This document shows, one piece after another, positions 38,959 to 51,413 of a stretch of 64,000 nucleotides of DNA. The DNA lies in the NCBI GenBank assembly GCA_002633005.1, contig NMRA01000334.1, positions 163,778 to 227,777 on the forward strand, in the 5' to 3' direction. Under the pieces are notes generated by a model. The model was not told the DNA's origin. It did no database searches and saw only the letters and a list, made by a program, of their open reading frames with translations. The stretch comes from Phoronis australis. Lineage: Eukaryota > Animalia > Phoronida. Every line of letters starts with the position of its first letter. The first letter of the stretch is position 1. Both the position numbers and the translations under genes were made by a program.

Positions 38959-39062
38959 GACAAAGAAACAATCTCGCCCTTCTTAAACTCGTATTTCCTG
39001 GCAGCCCATTTGTTCAGGAGCACGTAATCTGCAGATGCGTCATTTTCTGGGTTCAAACATGG
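38959..39062 (-). CDS. IMMP2L: IMMP2L coding exon 2 (104 nt)
   Basis: ttatgtttcAG / GTgagt. Encodes PCLNPENDASADYVLLNKWAARKYEFKKGEIVSL(S). Confidence 0.96.
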
Positions 39063-39856
39063 CTGAAACATAAATGAGCATCATCTCGCTGAAATCAGCA
39101 CAAAAAAATCCCACATTGAGGCTACTTTGCAAACACAGAGAAATTGTGTTAATTCTGTTTCTATTTCAAATTTTATTAAATAACAAATTCTGTTTTCTCA
39201 CATGAACTGCAATGTGTTACGACACAGCTAGTTGATAGCATCAAGTACGTAATTTTTATATTACATGAGCGAATCACAAAGTAGTGCAAAGCAGAAATCC
39301 ATACGCCTTACATTTTATGGTCTGCAAAGCACTAAAACCAACAACCAAACAATGACAGAATTACGTGAAGGAGACAAGGTTATGACTGACAAATCGGGTG
39401 TCACAAGTGTAATTAAAAAAGGGCATTCAGTGTACACTGTAAAAATAGATGGGAGATTTTTCTTTTAACAATCACAAAGCCAACTAACAAAATTAGCTGA
39501 AAGTGAAAAATGGCTTTACAACAACCGGCGGGATAAGCCAGTTCGTCAACTGAGACCGTAACAAAGTCATTGAAGCACAAAAACTAAAGCTACCCAGAGT
39601 ACCAGAAGACAACACATCTTCGGCAGCGAATTCCATATTCATGTTCACTCTAATGGACATAAACCGCAACTCAGGAAACCACATGGTGCGACTGACTAGC
39701 TGTGATGTCTCAAGGTTAATTCACTGCTCATGCACGGGAAAGCCCTGCCAACTGGGTTATTTATAAAAGATTTGTTATTATTAAGTTTTAATGTTACAAC
39801 TTCAAAGAGTATTTATCTGACTTGAATTTTTGTTACAGAAGCTAAATGCAATTTAC

Positions 39857-39922
39857 AATTGTTAAGTTTTAAAGAAAATTATTAAAAAATTTTTTAATAA
39901 TTTTCTTTAAAACTTAACAATT
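39857..39922. repeat. Perfect 66-bp spacerless AT-rich palindrome
   Basis: aattgttaagttttaaagaaaattattaaaaaa | ttttttaataattttctttaaaacttaacaatt, 33-bp arms, no mismatch. Confidence 0.95.
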
Positions 39923-40434
39923 TGATGTAACTAGGTTTACTATACATTGCACAAGCGTGTTTTTACGAAAGTTGCGTCATGTGGTTGAAAGTTTTAGACA
40001 TATCAAATTTTTTCAGCAAAAAGTTTGTTTTTACGTTCACGTGGGGAAACAAAAGCCATGGAATTTTGGCAAAATTTCCAAGAGGTTTTGCCCATGCCAT
40101 AAGCCTGAGGCTCTTGTAGGATTCTCTATTTACTATTTCAAAGTGTTAAATAAACTGAACAGAGATAGAACAGCGTCACCTTCAGACAGAGTGAATAACA
40201 ACTTGATGCCTGCTGCAAACTGATGATCAACCAATTTGTGGATGATTGATTACCAAATTTGATGAATTCTATTCTTAGTTTTTGTAATTAAAGACCATAT
40301 TGTGGGATATGCTACTGAAATACATAAATTCCATTGGAAATCTCTAATTCCATGTAAGATTTTGGGAATTCAAACAGTATTCTGTTATCATGGAAAGCGG
40401 GATCTCTACAGGAGTCAATCACTCTATCACTTAC

Positions 40435-40542
40435 TTGCATGGAGGCGCCCTCTACCTTGGCGATGTAGCCACAAACATCTAACAAAGTCACCGTGACTGG
40501 GACAACTACGGTCGCTGTGCCAAGAACCACACGCAATGTCAT
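40435..40542 (-). CDS. IMMP2L: IMMP2L coding exon 1 (start codon; catalytic Ser)
   Basis: Acceptor ttatttcAG one base before the ATG, donor GTaagt. Encodes MTLRVVLGTATVVVPVTVTLLDVCGYIAKVEGASMQ. The five exons total 549 nt = 182 aa plus stop, all in phase. Confidence 0.96.
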
Positions 40543-40545
40543 GCT

Positions 40546-40754
40546 GAAATAACAACCATGTAATTACAATTTAGCATGGAAATACCAACCATGTAATTAC
40601 AATTTAGCATGAAAATAACAACCATGTAATTACAATTTAGCATGGAAATACCAACCATGTAATTACAATTTAGCATGAAAATAACAACCATGTAATTACA
40701 ATTTAGCATGAAAATAACAACCAATGTGATTACAATTTAGCATGGAAATACAAC
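40546..40754. repeat. 33-bp minisatellite, about 6 copies, abutting the IMMP2L start-codon exon acceptor
   Basis: Unit catgtaattacaatttagcatg(g/a)aaata(c/a)caac, with two interspersed variants. Confidence 0.95.
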
Positions 40755-41299
40755 TTTGGTAATTCTCTCCATATTCAGCACACATTATAGGGTGACGAAG
40801 AGAAATTCTATTGTCAAATTTCTCCACAAAATCAAATATTATTAAATTTTAGGTGATTGCTAGCATGGTTTGTACTGTGTAAATATGATAAAACAACTTT
40901 TGATTACCTTAAATTTCCATTATTTGCAGTAATATAATCAGCCTTTGAAAAATGGAAAAGTATAATTTTGGCAATTATTCTTGAGTGAAATAAATGGAAA
41001 ATTACCGCACTGTGGTGGTAAATACAGTGGCGGATTTAGGGGGGGGGGGCAAAGGGGCCATAGCCCCACCTTAAAATTCTCCCAGATACCATTTGGCAGT
41101 TTGGGGTGTGAATTGCTGAATAGCACATGCGCGCACCCAGAGGGGCTCGGGGGGCGAATGCACAGTGAACAGGCCTTGAACAAAACCCGTAAAATAAATT
41201 ATTGAACGGTGTTAGAAAAAATGGCGTTCTACCGTTATTCTGCTGCTAAAGTTGTGGAACGATCTTTAGTGACGGCTTTCAGCGCCATGACATATTGCG

Positions 41300-41655
41300 T
41301 CACCTATTGGCCAGTTTCTTTTTTCGCCGATTCTTCAATCAACTGTTCTTCTTTCACGAGGTTGCGTACATGGCACAACAAATTATCGGAACTGGTTTCA
41401 CTTCATTATAAGTTTTTAGAATTTTGATATCGAAAAACCGAATTTCAGAAGAAATTTTGATGCTGACAAGCTATCATTATCTCCCGAGAGATGTCGCAGA
41501 AATTTAGGAAATAGCACGTGCGCGTGACACGACCGTACTGTTTTCAAAACGACAACCTACTTTTCGTTGTTAGAAAAGGCGGAGAGTAACGCAAGAAAAT
41601 GACGTTTATTGCATTGTTTTTCACTTAAAACGGCTGTAACGAACAAGGTGAGTGT
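41300..41655. promoter_or_regulatory. Candidate CpG-rich (possibly bidirectional) promoter / first non-coding exons upstream of IMMP2L
   Basis: Raised CpG density and gcacgtgcgcgtgac (E-box / NRF1-like) near 41514. Minus-strand donor AG|GTgacg near 41302, plus-strand donor AAG|GTgagt at 41648. IMMP2L needs an upstream exon because its ATG exon begins with an acceptor. Confidence 0.4.
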
Positions 41656-42649
41656 CTATTGATTCCCAGATTTTGCATTCACCCCGCCTTTAGCTTTACA
41701 TGTTGAAACAAGTTTCACGGCGAGGTGACGAGCAGAACTACCCTGGCTGTGTGCAATTTTGGGATCTACGAAAGAAAAACAGAGTGAACCAGCACTGGTC
41801 GGATGTAGCGGTCCCTGATCACGAGAACCAGTTTCATCCACTAAGTAACGGGCCCGTTATTTCGTGGCTGCCTGGTTCCCTAAATCTGGGACCGCTATAT
41901 CCCACCAGTGGCACTGGCAGTGGCAGTGCCCAGTGTGCCTAGCTGTATTTTGACGATAGTCTTCATACAGCAACTGGCTGGCAAGGACTAGGCCTAGTCA
42001 TAGAAGCTGTGCCTCGAACAAGGTAATTTTCGAGATCCTAGGACATAGTTGACGTACAGGAAAAGACATCCGCGATATTGGTTACCTTATAAAACATGTG
42101 ACTATTTACTTGAAGAGAATAATCAAAACAAGGTCGGCGCCGACATGTTGAATTGTGAGACCCCTGGTGTCAGAAAACTAAATCAAATACTGGAAAATAT
42201 TCTGGTATACGCAGTTCGGATAAAACTGACGATTCCTCTACAGATTGAGAGAAATACCCCTCCGGTCGGTGTCACGGTAAATAATTAAGTTTTCTTGGTA
42301 AAATAGTAAAATAGAGCTCCCCGAAAAATGTCTTTATGACAAACAACACAGTTAAGTAAATGAGTCTTGTATATAAATGATTGACTTTCGAAGAGCAAAT
42401 TGAACTTTTGAGTTGCAGTGAAATCGCATGCATTGATGAAGCTATCTCTCTCAAGGAACCTCTCTTAATCAGGGCAAGGGATAACGGAGTTGCCTATCTC
42501 TCGATTTTTCGTCCTTCTACATGAAATCACCCAGTAGGGTGTGGGGTCACAGTCAGAAATCGATGAGAATTTACTGAGACGTTTACCCTGCAAAAGCTTC
42601 ACTGAATTAGCTGTGTGTTAGATCGGACAGCCATGCACACTGCGTCCTA

Positions 42650-42857
42650 CATGCGCGCACCCAGGCGAAGTGGCCAAAAAGGTCCACCTCAGAGAAACGC
42701 AAACTCCTAAAATATCCTAGAAAAGGAGATAAAAGTCCAGTAAATTCGGCGAATGCCTGATTCATAGCTCTGAACGTACCCCGGCTGTGAATCTTCGGAG
42801 GTCCGCACTCTCAAAAATTCGAGTTACCCCCTCTTTTTTAGGGTGTGTGCGCGCACG
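42650..42857. mobile_element. MITE of the CATGCGCGCACCCAG-TIR family
   Basis: catgcgcgcacccag ... gtgtgcgcgcacg, flanked by tccta / tcctg. Confidence 0.55.
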
Positions 42858-43174
42858 TCCTGTTAATCCATACTACCATTTTTAGTACAATGCAAAGCTT
42901 AATTTTGAAGTTAGAAGCCTGTGAAATCTGAAAAAATCACAGTTTTGCAAAGACAAAAATGGGCGTGGCACCTAATATTTTAAAGGGCCATGATATCTCG
43001 TACTCCGGCCGCCCTTTGACGCAAATAATCAAATGCATCTCTTTTTCTCTTTTGTAATATCATATAACCTTTTATGTCAAGGAAGGGGCGTTATAGTGGA
43101 ATGCGAGTGACCCGATGATGGAATGCGATAAACAGACTAAATTGCAATATTGAAAGTGGTTCTCTGTCACTGCA

Positions 43175-45250
43175 ACAGAATCATGCGTGCATGTCTTAGA
43201 CTATAAACCATGTGAACTTATTCTGTTGGGACACCTATGTAGTCAAGTGGCCCAGGCAAGTCTCACGCCTTGTCAAATTTTGCGATTGTCAAATAATAAT
43301 CGGCGTACATTACATGTACTACACTTCTTCCTTTCCCTTATATTATGACGGGCAATCATTGAATAGTTGCTGAACACATACATTACTTCGGTTAATATCT
43401 CGTTTTCAGACGTGTTCTTTAGCAAATTACACAACTCCGATACAATTAATTTGGTCATCTGTCTCAGAAAGTATCACATCACCAAAAAGTCAGAAATGCT
43501 TCTTCCTCAATGGAGATGTTCAAGGTGTTTTTATTTAAAAATATATTCAAATGGGAATAAATCTCTATTACAGAAATTGTGAATGTGACAAAGTTAACAA
43601 TAGATGGTCCTGTCGGGCTTTTTTGTTTTCTTGAGTGCTCGCGAGTTCCAATTTTATTGTCAGGTCTCTACATGCGCGTGCCTTACGAACCCGAGATTTC
43701 ATGGGACTGGCCGAAAGAGTTTGCATTGTGAATTTCCGGTTGTCTGCTCGACCGTGTTTGGAACAAATGTCGTAGTTATCATTTCATGGCTTCATTTCCA
43801 TTTTGTCATGCTCTCACCCAGGGGGGCGGGGGAGGGGCTCGGGGGCTCGAACGAGCCCCCCAATTGGCAAAGTGGGCAAAACGTCTGCCCCCGAGAGACA
43901 AAAAGTCCGAGAAAATGGGACAAAAGCCCACAAAACGCGCAATTCACAGAGGTGTTCCCGTTTTATTTTTTAGTCCGCCCGTCCTTTTGTTAGCCAATGG
44001 TCCACAACGTCAGGAATTCGAGCCCCTATATCGAACGCTGGGTGCACGCATGTTTATCATCTTTGTTCTTAATTGAATCATCACCAAGCCAGGCTCCTGA
44101 GGTACGGTGACAGACAACCAGCGATTTCTCAGCAAAATTATCCTACCAACCCGTCAATAACACAGGTCATTCTTTACACGGTGCACCCACCGGCTGTAGG
44201 CCTGGCGTTATATGTATGCCGGGAATAGTCTGGCCTCATTTTAGCTGAGTCCAGTCTTAGAGCCACTATTAGGAGTTTTGAACATTTTTGGGTGTTAAAA
44301 TCGTGTTCCACTATTTTAGGGAAAGAAATGAAATTTGGTTTCTGAGTGTTTTTGCTGTCTGCATTCATAAATGAAAATTTAGGCACTGCTAACAGGTGCG
44401 TTTACGAAACTTTCTAAATACTACCGGTTCTCCTGCAATTATTTACGTAGATAAGTATATGTGCGTGTGCGCGTGTGTATGTATACATTATTACTATTTT
44501 CTCTTGTTTCTACAAAAATTCATTTGCGCAGTGTTTAAATGTTGTCCGGTTGTAATGTTAATTCGATTTTTGAACAGTTATGTTATGCAATTATCTAAAC
44601 CCGTGAAACTAAATTAAAAATATTAAAAGTTTACTTTGTAAAAGAATCAAATCCAATACTTTCTGTTACCGACAGTGTACAGTGCACGTTGTACTTGTGA
44701 ATTGTCCCGCTCTTGATGAATTGTGCCACTTTTTGAAACTTTCCCACCATCCCACCACACCATCAAAATGTCCTGCTTTTTAAAGCATGGCGAAATTGAC
44801 ATATTATGGTATAGTGCTGTAATTTTCCATGCGACATAGCCTTATGTTTCCATTTCATTGAAAATAAAAAGAAACAGGACGTTTCATTATTTTTACGGCG
44901 TCTGCAATTTCACTCATGTATTTTGCAGATGTCTCATTTTTTGGAAGGATGTCACGCTTTTCAAGCCATTTAACCCATTTTTCATTCTCGAATTTTGACA
45001 ACTATGCAACGATGTTTCTTGTTATGGATATTGTTACTTTACAGAGAACACCTTCTTGAACAATATAACAATCGTAAAAAGTGTTCAAATTTCTCTCGTT
45101 TACCATAACACACATTTCATGTATCAGTATTACTGAGATTCCAGGTTTCAACAAAAAAAAAACGAAACCACAGAAATCACGTTTTAAAGCATGGTTTCAG
45201 TTGATAACGACACAGAAGCCTAGACTGAATCAACAATAGATCGGCAGCTG
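43175..45250 (+). repeat. Diverged partial duplicate of the intron following the signal-peptide exon of the WSC gene (paralogous to about 48010-50560)
   Basis: Shared blocks include attctgttgggacaccta, gtccagtcttagagccactattaggagtttt, ccatttaaccc..ttcattctcgaat.ttgacaacta. It begins just after the position of the signal-exon donor and contains no coding exon. Confidence 0.8.
43807..44052. mobile_element. MITE of the CATGCGCGCACCCAG-TIR family, with the empty site visible in the paralogous block
   Basis: TIRs catgctctcacccag / ctgggtgcacgcatg with a G-rich left subterminus. The paralogous sequence near 49503 (cattttgt|catctttg) lacks it. Flanks tttgt / tttat suggest a ~5-bp TSD. A further left end lies at 41126. 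Confidence 0.8.
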
Positions 45251-47936
45251 TACGTTGCAGAATTCACGTTGCAGTGTTGCAGATTAGGAGTTTGAATAAA
45301 TTGAACTAGGAACCTGGAAACATGCTCCAGTTCTGAGGTTCCAGATTACAAGAGAATAATTTCATGGAAACAACTTTAAGAATCATGGCTTGCGGTTCCC
45401 AATTTAGTAGATCATAGGATGAAATAACAATACACGGTGTTACAAGACCGTGGGGATGTCAAAATTATACAAAAATCGTCTAGATGTCGTCCAGGCAACG
45501 CGTTATCACAGAATACATTTTCTGGAAAGAGTTGGCTCTAGGTTTAATATTACTGAACCGCAACCTGTTCTCGGGTAACTTGTACCAGTAATCGTAGTGT
45601 GGACGCAAATGTGCAGACATGGCGGAACGTACATGTAATTACCACCTGTGCACATAAAGGTGTCTAAACATTTTTACATCATACTTGTGGCAAGGTGTAG
45701 GGTGTATATTGTGGACACTCGGTTTAACGGGGCAAGTTACTCTAATAAAAATTGTTCTAGCGTAACTCAACGTGTGGACACGACATTTGATCTCACGACT
45801 AATTCCGTTTATAATTCAAGCACAGATTTTTATTTTTTTGTTCTCAATCGAAAAGTGGATAAAGATTATGAGTAAATCCAAGTTTACAAAAACAGTAAGT
45901 GGTAATGTTTGTGAATACTAATTTATTTAGCATTTTGATTATTCGTAATGGCTGAATAATCATCAGTTGACCAGCATTTACCATGAGAACCTTATCGTTT
46001 CATGTTAAAATGAATTATTTAGCACGAATTAAAATAATTCATTTGGTTCTGTATGATATGAGTCGCGAAGATTCGTTACCAGTTAGTACATCGTAACCCC
46101 AAGGGAATGCAGAGCGACGCAAAAGAAGCAAAACATATACACGATAAGTGATTTGATTACTGCCGGAAGTTCCAAATTGTGCCTTTGGTCGTTTTTTTTA
46201 GTTCACAATTTGTGTAATATCTGCCATCCAAGCCCTCTACTGGCTGGATACGTAGACGTAACTTTTCATGAATTGGTTTTATTCGGCTTTAGAAGACTAT
46301 CACTGCATTGTAATGAAAAGTTTATCCGTCTATTTCTAAAAAGGTTAAAATTTACAGTCGACCCCAAGGCATCTAACAAGTGCAACGCGGAGCGTTGAAA
46401 TGGGATCACAAATGCACAGCAAATTATGTTCTAGGAGTGTTTTTCACGACCATGAAAAGGCCGTTAGATTGCGCAGAATACATGTACGTAGGGGACAGAA
46501 ATTAGATAGGGGTCGTAATCTCCCTAATCCAAAACGCCTTACCAAATTTTATGAAAATCCTCTAAGGAACTCCAAAGATACGTAGTCTAACGTAAAAACT
46601 GAAATTGCGTAAAAATCCATGCATGAACAATAAAGATAACGAAAAGAACAATTTTGGATAGACAAGCTCAATACACTAGAGCCTCGTGGATTAACCCTCA
46701 GGGTTAAGAAGTTTTTATGTTTAAATTATATCACAGATTTTTTTCCGCAACAATGTCTCATATTCATTACGCCACATCTAAATGTCAATTGTCATATAGT
46801 GTTTGATTTTACTTTATTTCTGTTTCTGTTGACGAAGGATGTCATTTCGTTTTTACATCCGAAAATTTCAGTTGACCCATTCTTGTTGTTTTATTTACCT
46901 ATTTATATTCTACATTTCGTGAAACAATATATCTTTGGGAGGATCTTGATCGCCTTATTTAGTTTCAGATTTATTTTCTACGTTATCACTCAGACTGCTC
47001 ACGTGGCTGATCACATCCTATATGTATGTACTTGCGCGTTAGGTTACAAGTTTTCTCTAGTAAAAGAAACAGTTTTAACTGCAACGATTTATTACTTGAA
47101 AAAAGATAACAAAAATGAAAAAAACAGTAACTGTGCATTGAACTTGTAACATTTCCTGAAAATAGTTAAATAACTACAATATTTGATATTGTAGTTGCCG
47201 AGGAATCGGCGCCTGAATGGCAGACGATATAATGAAAACTGAGGTAGAACTAAGTGTCACATACTGGTAATTAAAAATTTTTTTCCAGATGTTACGTTTG
47301 GTACCTGGTTGCATACTGAGTGTTAGTTATACTGCTGCAATTTTATTGCTTTAAACTATTTTGGAAAGTTTGGTGAACAAACAGGCTAACGACGACATTG
47401 ACATTGTTAACGACTGTTTTAACGTTTTGCAGATGTTCCACTGTTTCTGAGTAGTTTTACTATTGCGCATGCTCATGTGTCACGTGATAGTTGAATATAG
47501 AGTCGACATCGTTAAAGTTAAAGAAGAACGTCGTTATTATTTTGTTATCGTGTTTCATCGTAAACCGCTTTTAAGAATAAGAATTGAGTTGTGCACCATC
47601 GGCACAGACTTACCTTTTGAACTTTCTACTACAGAGGGCATTGTTGAAGTAGTTCAGGAGGGGAATACGGAAAACAATATCACGTGCCGTATTGCACTAA
47701 ACTGATTCAACGCGTATGGGATAAACATTCTTATTTGCATTTTCAGTGTGAACTATTCACCACAGTCATGTTACTCGGAGTTTCGTTTTGTCACCTGTAA
47801 GGCTACCTGTAGGTGAATAATGGTTTTCATGCACCCTGTACAGCAGGCCTTCCTTAGATCGAACAATGATTTCGAGCACCCTATAACAGTATTACATGAG
47901 ATTACCAAATTTTATTTGCTCAGTTGGTTAACGGAG

Positions 47937-48000
47937 ATGGTTAAATGCACATATTTGCCACTGGCGTACCAGGTCTTAGCTTGGAGTTTAGTTGCCGGCG
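47937..48000 (+). CDS. Secreted WSC-domain protein, signal-peptide exon
   Basis: Acceptor ttttatttgctcAG at 47922-47923, ATG at 47937, MVKCTYLPLAYQVLAWSLVAG, phase-1 GTaagt donor. Well conserved in the duplicate at 61326-61389. Confidence 0.7.
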
Positions 48001-48357
48001 GTAAGTTGAAAGCGGAATCGCGCGTGTATATCTTAGACTCACACCATGCGTCCCGATTCTGTTGGGACACCTAATCCAGTGGCACAGGAGAGTCACAGGT
48101 CTTATCATGTTTTGCGTTTGTCAAATAATAATCGCTGTTCTAAAAGGTAGCAGATTGGCGCTTCTTGCTTTCTCTTAATTATGTTTTGACTGGGAATCAT
48201 TGGTTATTTGCTAAACACAATCTTCACTTTGGTTAATCTTTCGTCTACAGACGTGTTCTTTGGATAACTACGTAACTCAGGGAAATACTACGTAACTCAG
48301 GGAAATAACACATCTACCGCCAAAGACTCAGAAATGCTTCTCCTTCAATTGAAATTG

Positions 48358-49216
48358 GGGTGTTCCATCGAAACAGGAACCCCGGTGTAAAACACATATC
48401 CAGGAGTCGTAAACCGACTCCCGCGCTTTCAAAACAACAAACCAGTCCGAAAACCCCGAACCCTCACCTTTAAAACAGGAATCCCGAGATCGCACACAGG
48501 ACACTCGGGGACCAAAAAACCAGTCCCACATTTACTGTCAAACATTGTTTGATGAAAAATGACTCTTCCGATTTTAAATAGTTGTTTTTGATATGTAGTT
48601 TTACTACCTGATAATTGTAGACAACTTATGACGTATTGGCGTTCTGCTGCATTCTACTGATAAAGTTGTGGTGCGACCTTTTCCGTCTGCGTTACCTATT
48701 GGCCAGTTTCTTTTTCCCCAATTCCTCAATCAACTGATCTTTTTCCACGAGGTTGGGTACATGACCCAAGAAATTAATCTACGATGAAAATATTTTTGGA
48801 GAAATTATTGAACAATCTGAAATTAACTAAATATTCACCGAAATAAAAACATATTAGAGTATAGATTAATATGAACTTCGCCAACAGACAAGTTGCACAG
48901 GTTTTATCCATAAAAATGGAATGACAATGCCAATATAATATAAGTTACGTTTTATTATTGACGATTTTTAACAAACAAATGCAGAAAACAACAGGAAAGT
49001 ACTTGAAGATGCTTTAACTCAAAGCTCGAGATTATTGACAACATTTTAAGAAAATTTGAAAAAATGTCCGGGTTTCCTGTCCGATCCCCGGGGTTCCTGT
49101 TTTAAAGGTCAAGATTAATGTTTTTGAGCTGGTTAGCTGTTTTGAAGGTGCAGGAGCCTGTTTTCGACTACGGGATATCTGTTTTACACCGGGGTTCCTG
49201 CTTCGGTGGAACACCC
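48358..49216. mobile_element. Non-autonomous DNA transposon with ~150-bp imperfect TIRs starting GGGTGTTCCA
   Basis: 48358-48510 is the reverse complement of about 49068-49216 (acaggaaccccggtgtaaaaca / tgttttacaccggggttcctg). Absent from the paralogous position near 43510. Confidence 0.8.
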
Positions 49217-49823
49217 TGGGAATGTTCAAAAAGGAGTGTGATTAAGTATATTCAAACGAAAAGATATCGCTATTTCAGAAATTGTGAATGTAAAATTATT
49301 GACATTAGATGGTTCTCTCTGGCTCTTTTGTTTTCTTATGAGTGCTAACGGGTTCTGATTTTGTTGGCAGGCCTCGAAATGCGCGTGCCTTCCGACCCCG
49401 ACATTTCACGGGACTGGCTAAGAAAGTTTGCACTGTGAATTTCTGGTTGTCTGCTCGACTGTGTTTGAATCGAGTGTAGTTATCATTTCATTGCTTCATT
49501 TTCATTTTGTCATCTTTGTTCATAATCGAATCGTCAAGCGAGGCTCTTGAGGTACGGTGACAGGCAACAAGCGATTTCTCGGCAAATTATCCAACCCTCC
49601 CGTCACCTACACATGTCAATCTTTATACGGGGCCGTGGGCCTGGCTTCACGCCGGGAATAGTCTGGTCTGTGATACTTTTTCATCTGGGTCCAGTCTTAG
49701 AGCCACTATTAGGAGTTTTCAACACTTTTTGGGGTGTTCTGTCCGCATTCATAAATGAAAATTGAGTATCTGCCAACAGGTGTGTTAACGTAACTTTCTA
49801 AATACTTTTCGTGTATTTATTAA

Positions 49824-49895
49824 GTGTGTATGAGTGTGTGCGTGTGTGTGTGTGTGTGTGCGTGCATGAGCATGCGTCTGTGTGCTTGTGCATGT
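49824..49895. repeat. (TG)n-type microsatellite
   Basis: gtgtgtgcgtgtgtgtgtgtgtgtgtg...; a shorter version lies in the paralog near 44460. Confidence 0.85.
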
Positions 49896-51413
49896 ATACA
49901 TTATTACTGTTTTCTATTGTTTCTACAACAATTCATCTGTGCAATGTTTAAATGTTGTCCAGCTATAATGTTACTTCGTTTTCTAACCAGTAACGTTATC
50001 AGTAGCATGTGAAAGAAAACAAAAATATTAAAAAAAATCAAGTCCAATACTTTGCACTACCGACAGTTGTCCTGCTCTTGGCGGACAGTACCACTTTGTG
50101 AATTTTCCCGCTATCCCGCCACACCATCAAAATGCGGCCTTATTTTACCATTCCACTAAAAAGAAAAAGACAGGACGTTTTTTTTTTGTTTTTGCGGCAT
50201 CCGCAATTTCACTGTTGTGTTCCATAATACGATTTCTTGTTTTTCAATCCATTTAACCCTTTTTTCATTCTCGAATGTTGACANAAAAAGAAAAAGACGG
50301 GACGTTTTTGTTTTTGTTTTTGCGGCATCCGCAATTTCACTGTTGTGTTCCATAATACGATTTCTTGTTTTTCAATCCATTTAACCCTTTTTTCATTCTC
50401 GAATGTTGACAACTACGCAACAATGCCTCTTTGTAATGGATATTGTTATTTAACAAAGTACACCTTCTTTAGTAACATAACAATCGTAAAAAGGCGTTCA
50501 AATGTCTCTCGTTTACTGCAACACATAGTGCATGTATCAGCATTACTAAATTTTAACTTTTTGAACAAATGAGTCTATTTATAAATTTCTGTACAGTCCT
50601 ACAATCAATGCAACGAATATATTTTCCAATTATGGATGTTTGGCCCATTTTATATACCAGGAAACCCTTATACCTGCAAATTTTGGACAGTGATTTGAAT
50701 AATTTAGTTTATAACATTTTTGTATCACTGCTTCTTGAAATTTTATTAAGGAACATAATTGTATCAACTGGCACCAAAGGTCCAATTGATATTAAAAAGA
50801 TGTACTACTGGATGAACGCCAGGAAAAATTCTCCTGAGCAATTGCAAGGGACCCATATTCTACAATCTTTGTCTTTATCCGGTAACAATCTTTTCAATAG
50901 TTGAAAATATTCCCTGTCGGTTTAATAACCACTCTGGTTCATTTAATTTTCATAATACTATTGCACCCGAAACTAATTGATATTAAAATTTAACTAACCG
51001 ACTAATTGGATAAATAATCAACCAAATAGTATGCCGTGAATTATTTATCTTTTGCTTCTGACACAGCCATCAAGAGCTGGTGAAGGACAGTCTAATAAAA
51101 TGAGTCTAATGCAATTCTGTTGAAAAAAGGTGGCGTGCGAAAAGTTTTAGTGACAGTAAAAAGGCGACTTTACCCATTGGAGAAGGTTACATATGCCTCT
51201 ACACCTAGCTAACAAACTCAGAATGTACTAGATTGAAATGGGTAATTTTGAAAAACAGCAAATCCAATAGGTGATCCCGCATAGGAATACTACTGCCATA
51301 TCCTATCGAGAATTCATTTCGTCTGGGACATTCCCAGGGACGTGCCATTTTCTGTGCACGTGGTCTGGCAAGTACAGAAGTGTGAACAAATATTTCTCTC
51401 TTGCACTTTTTAG

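Noticed and set aside
40546-40754. 33-bp repeats as a CRISPR array or repeat protein (MVVIFMLNCNY)n
   Set aside because: No unique spacers, eukaryotic intron context, and no cas genes. The ORF is a by-product of a unit length divisible by 3 and is out of frame with IMMP2L.
41303-41400. N-terminal coding extension of IMMP2L from the candidate upstream exon (frame ...EEQLIEESAKKKLANS-M is open)
   Set aside because: An in-frame TGA lies upstream with no in-frame ATG after it, so it is at most 5'UTR with short uORFs.
50158-50411. ~126-bp tandem duplication
   Set aside because: Also centred on an N (50284), and the paralogous block near 44865-45000 has one copy. Probable assembly artefact.
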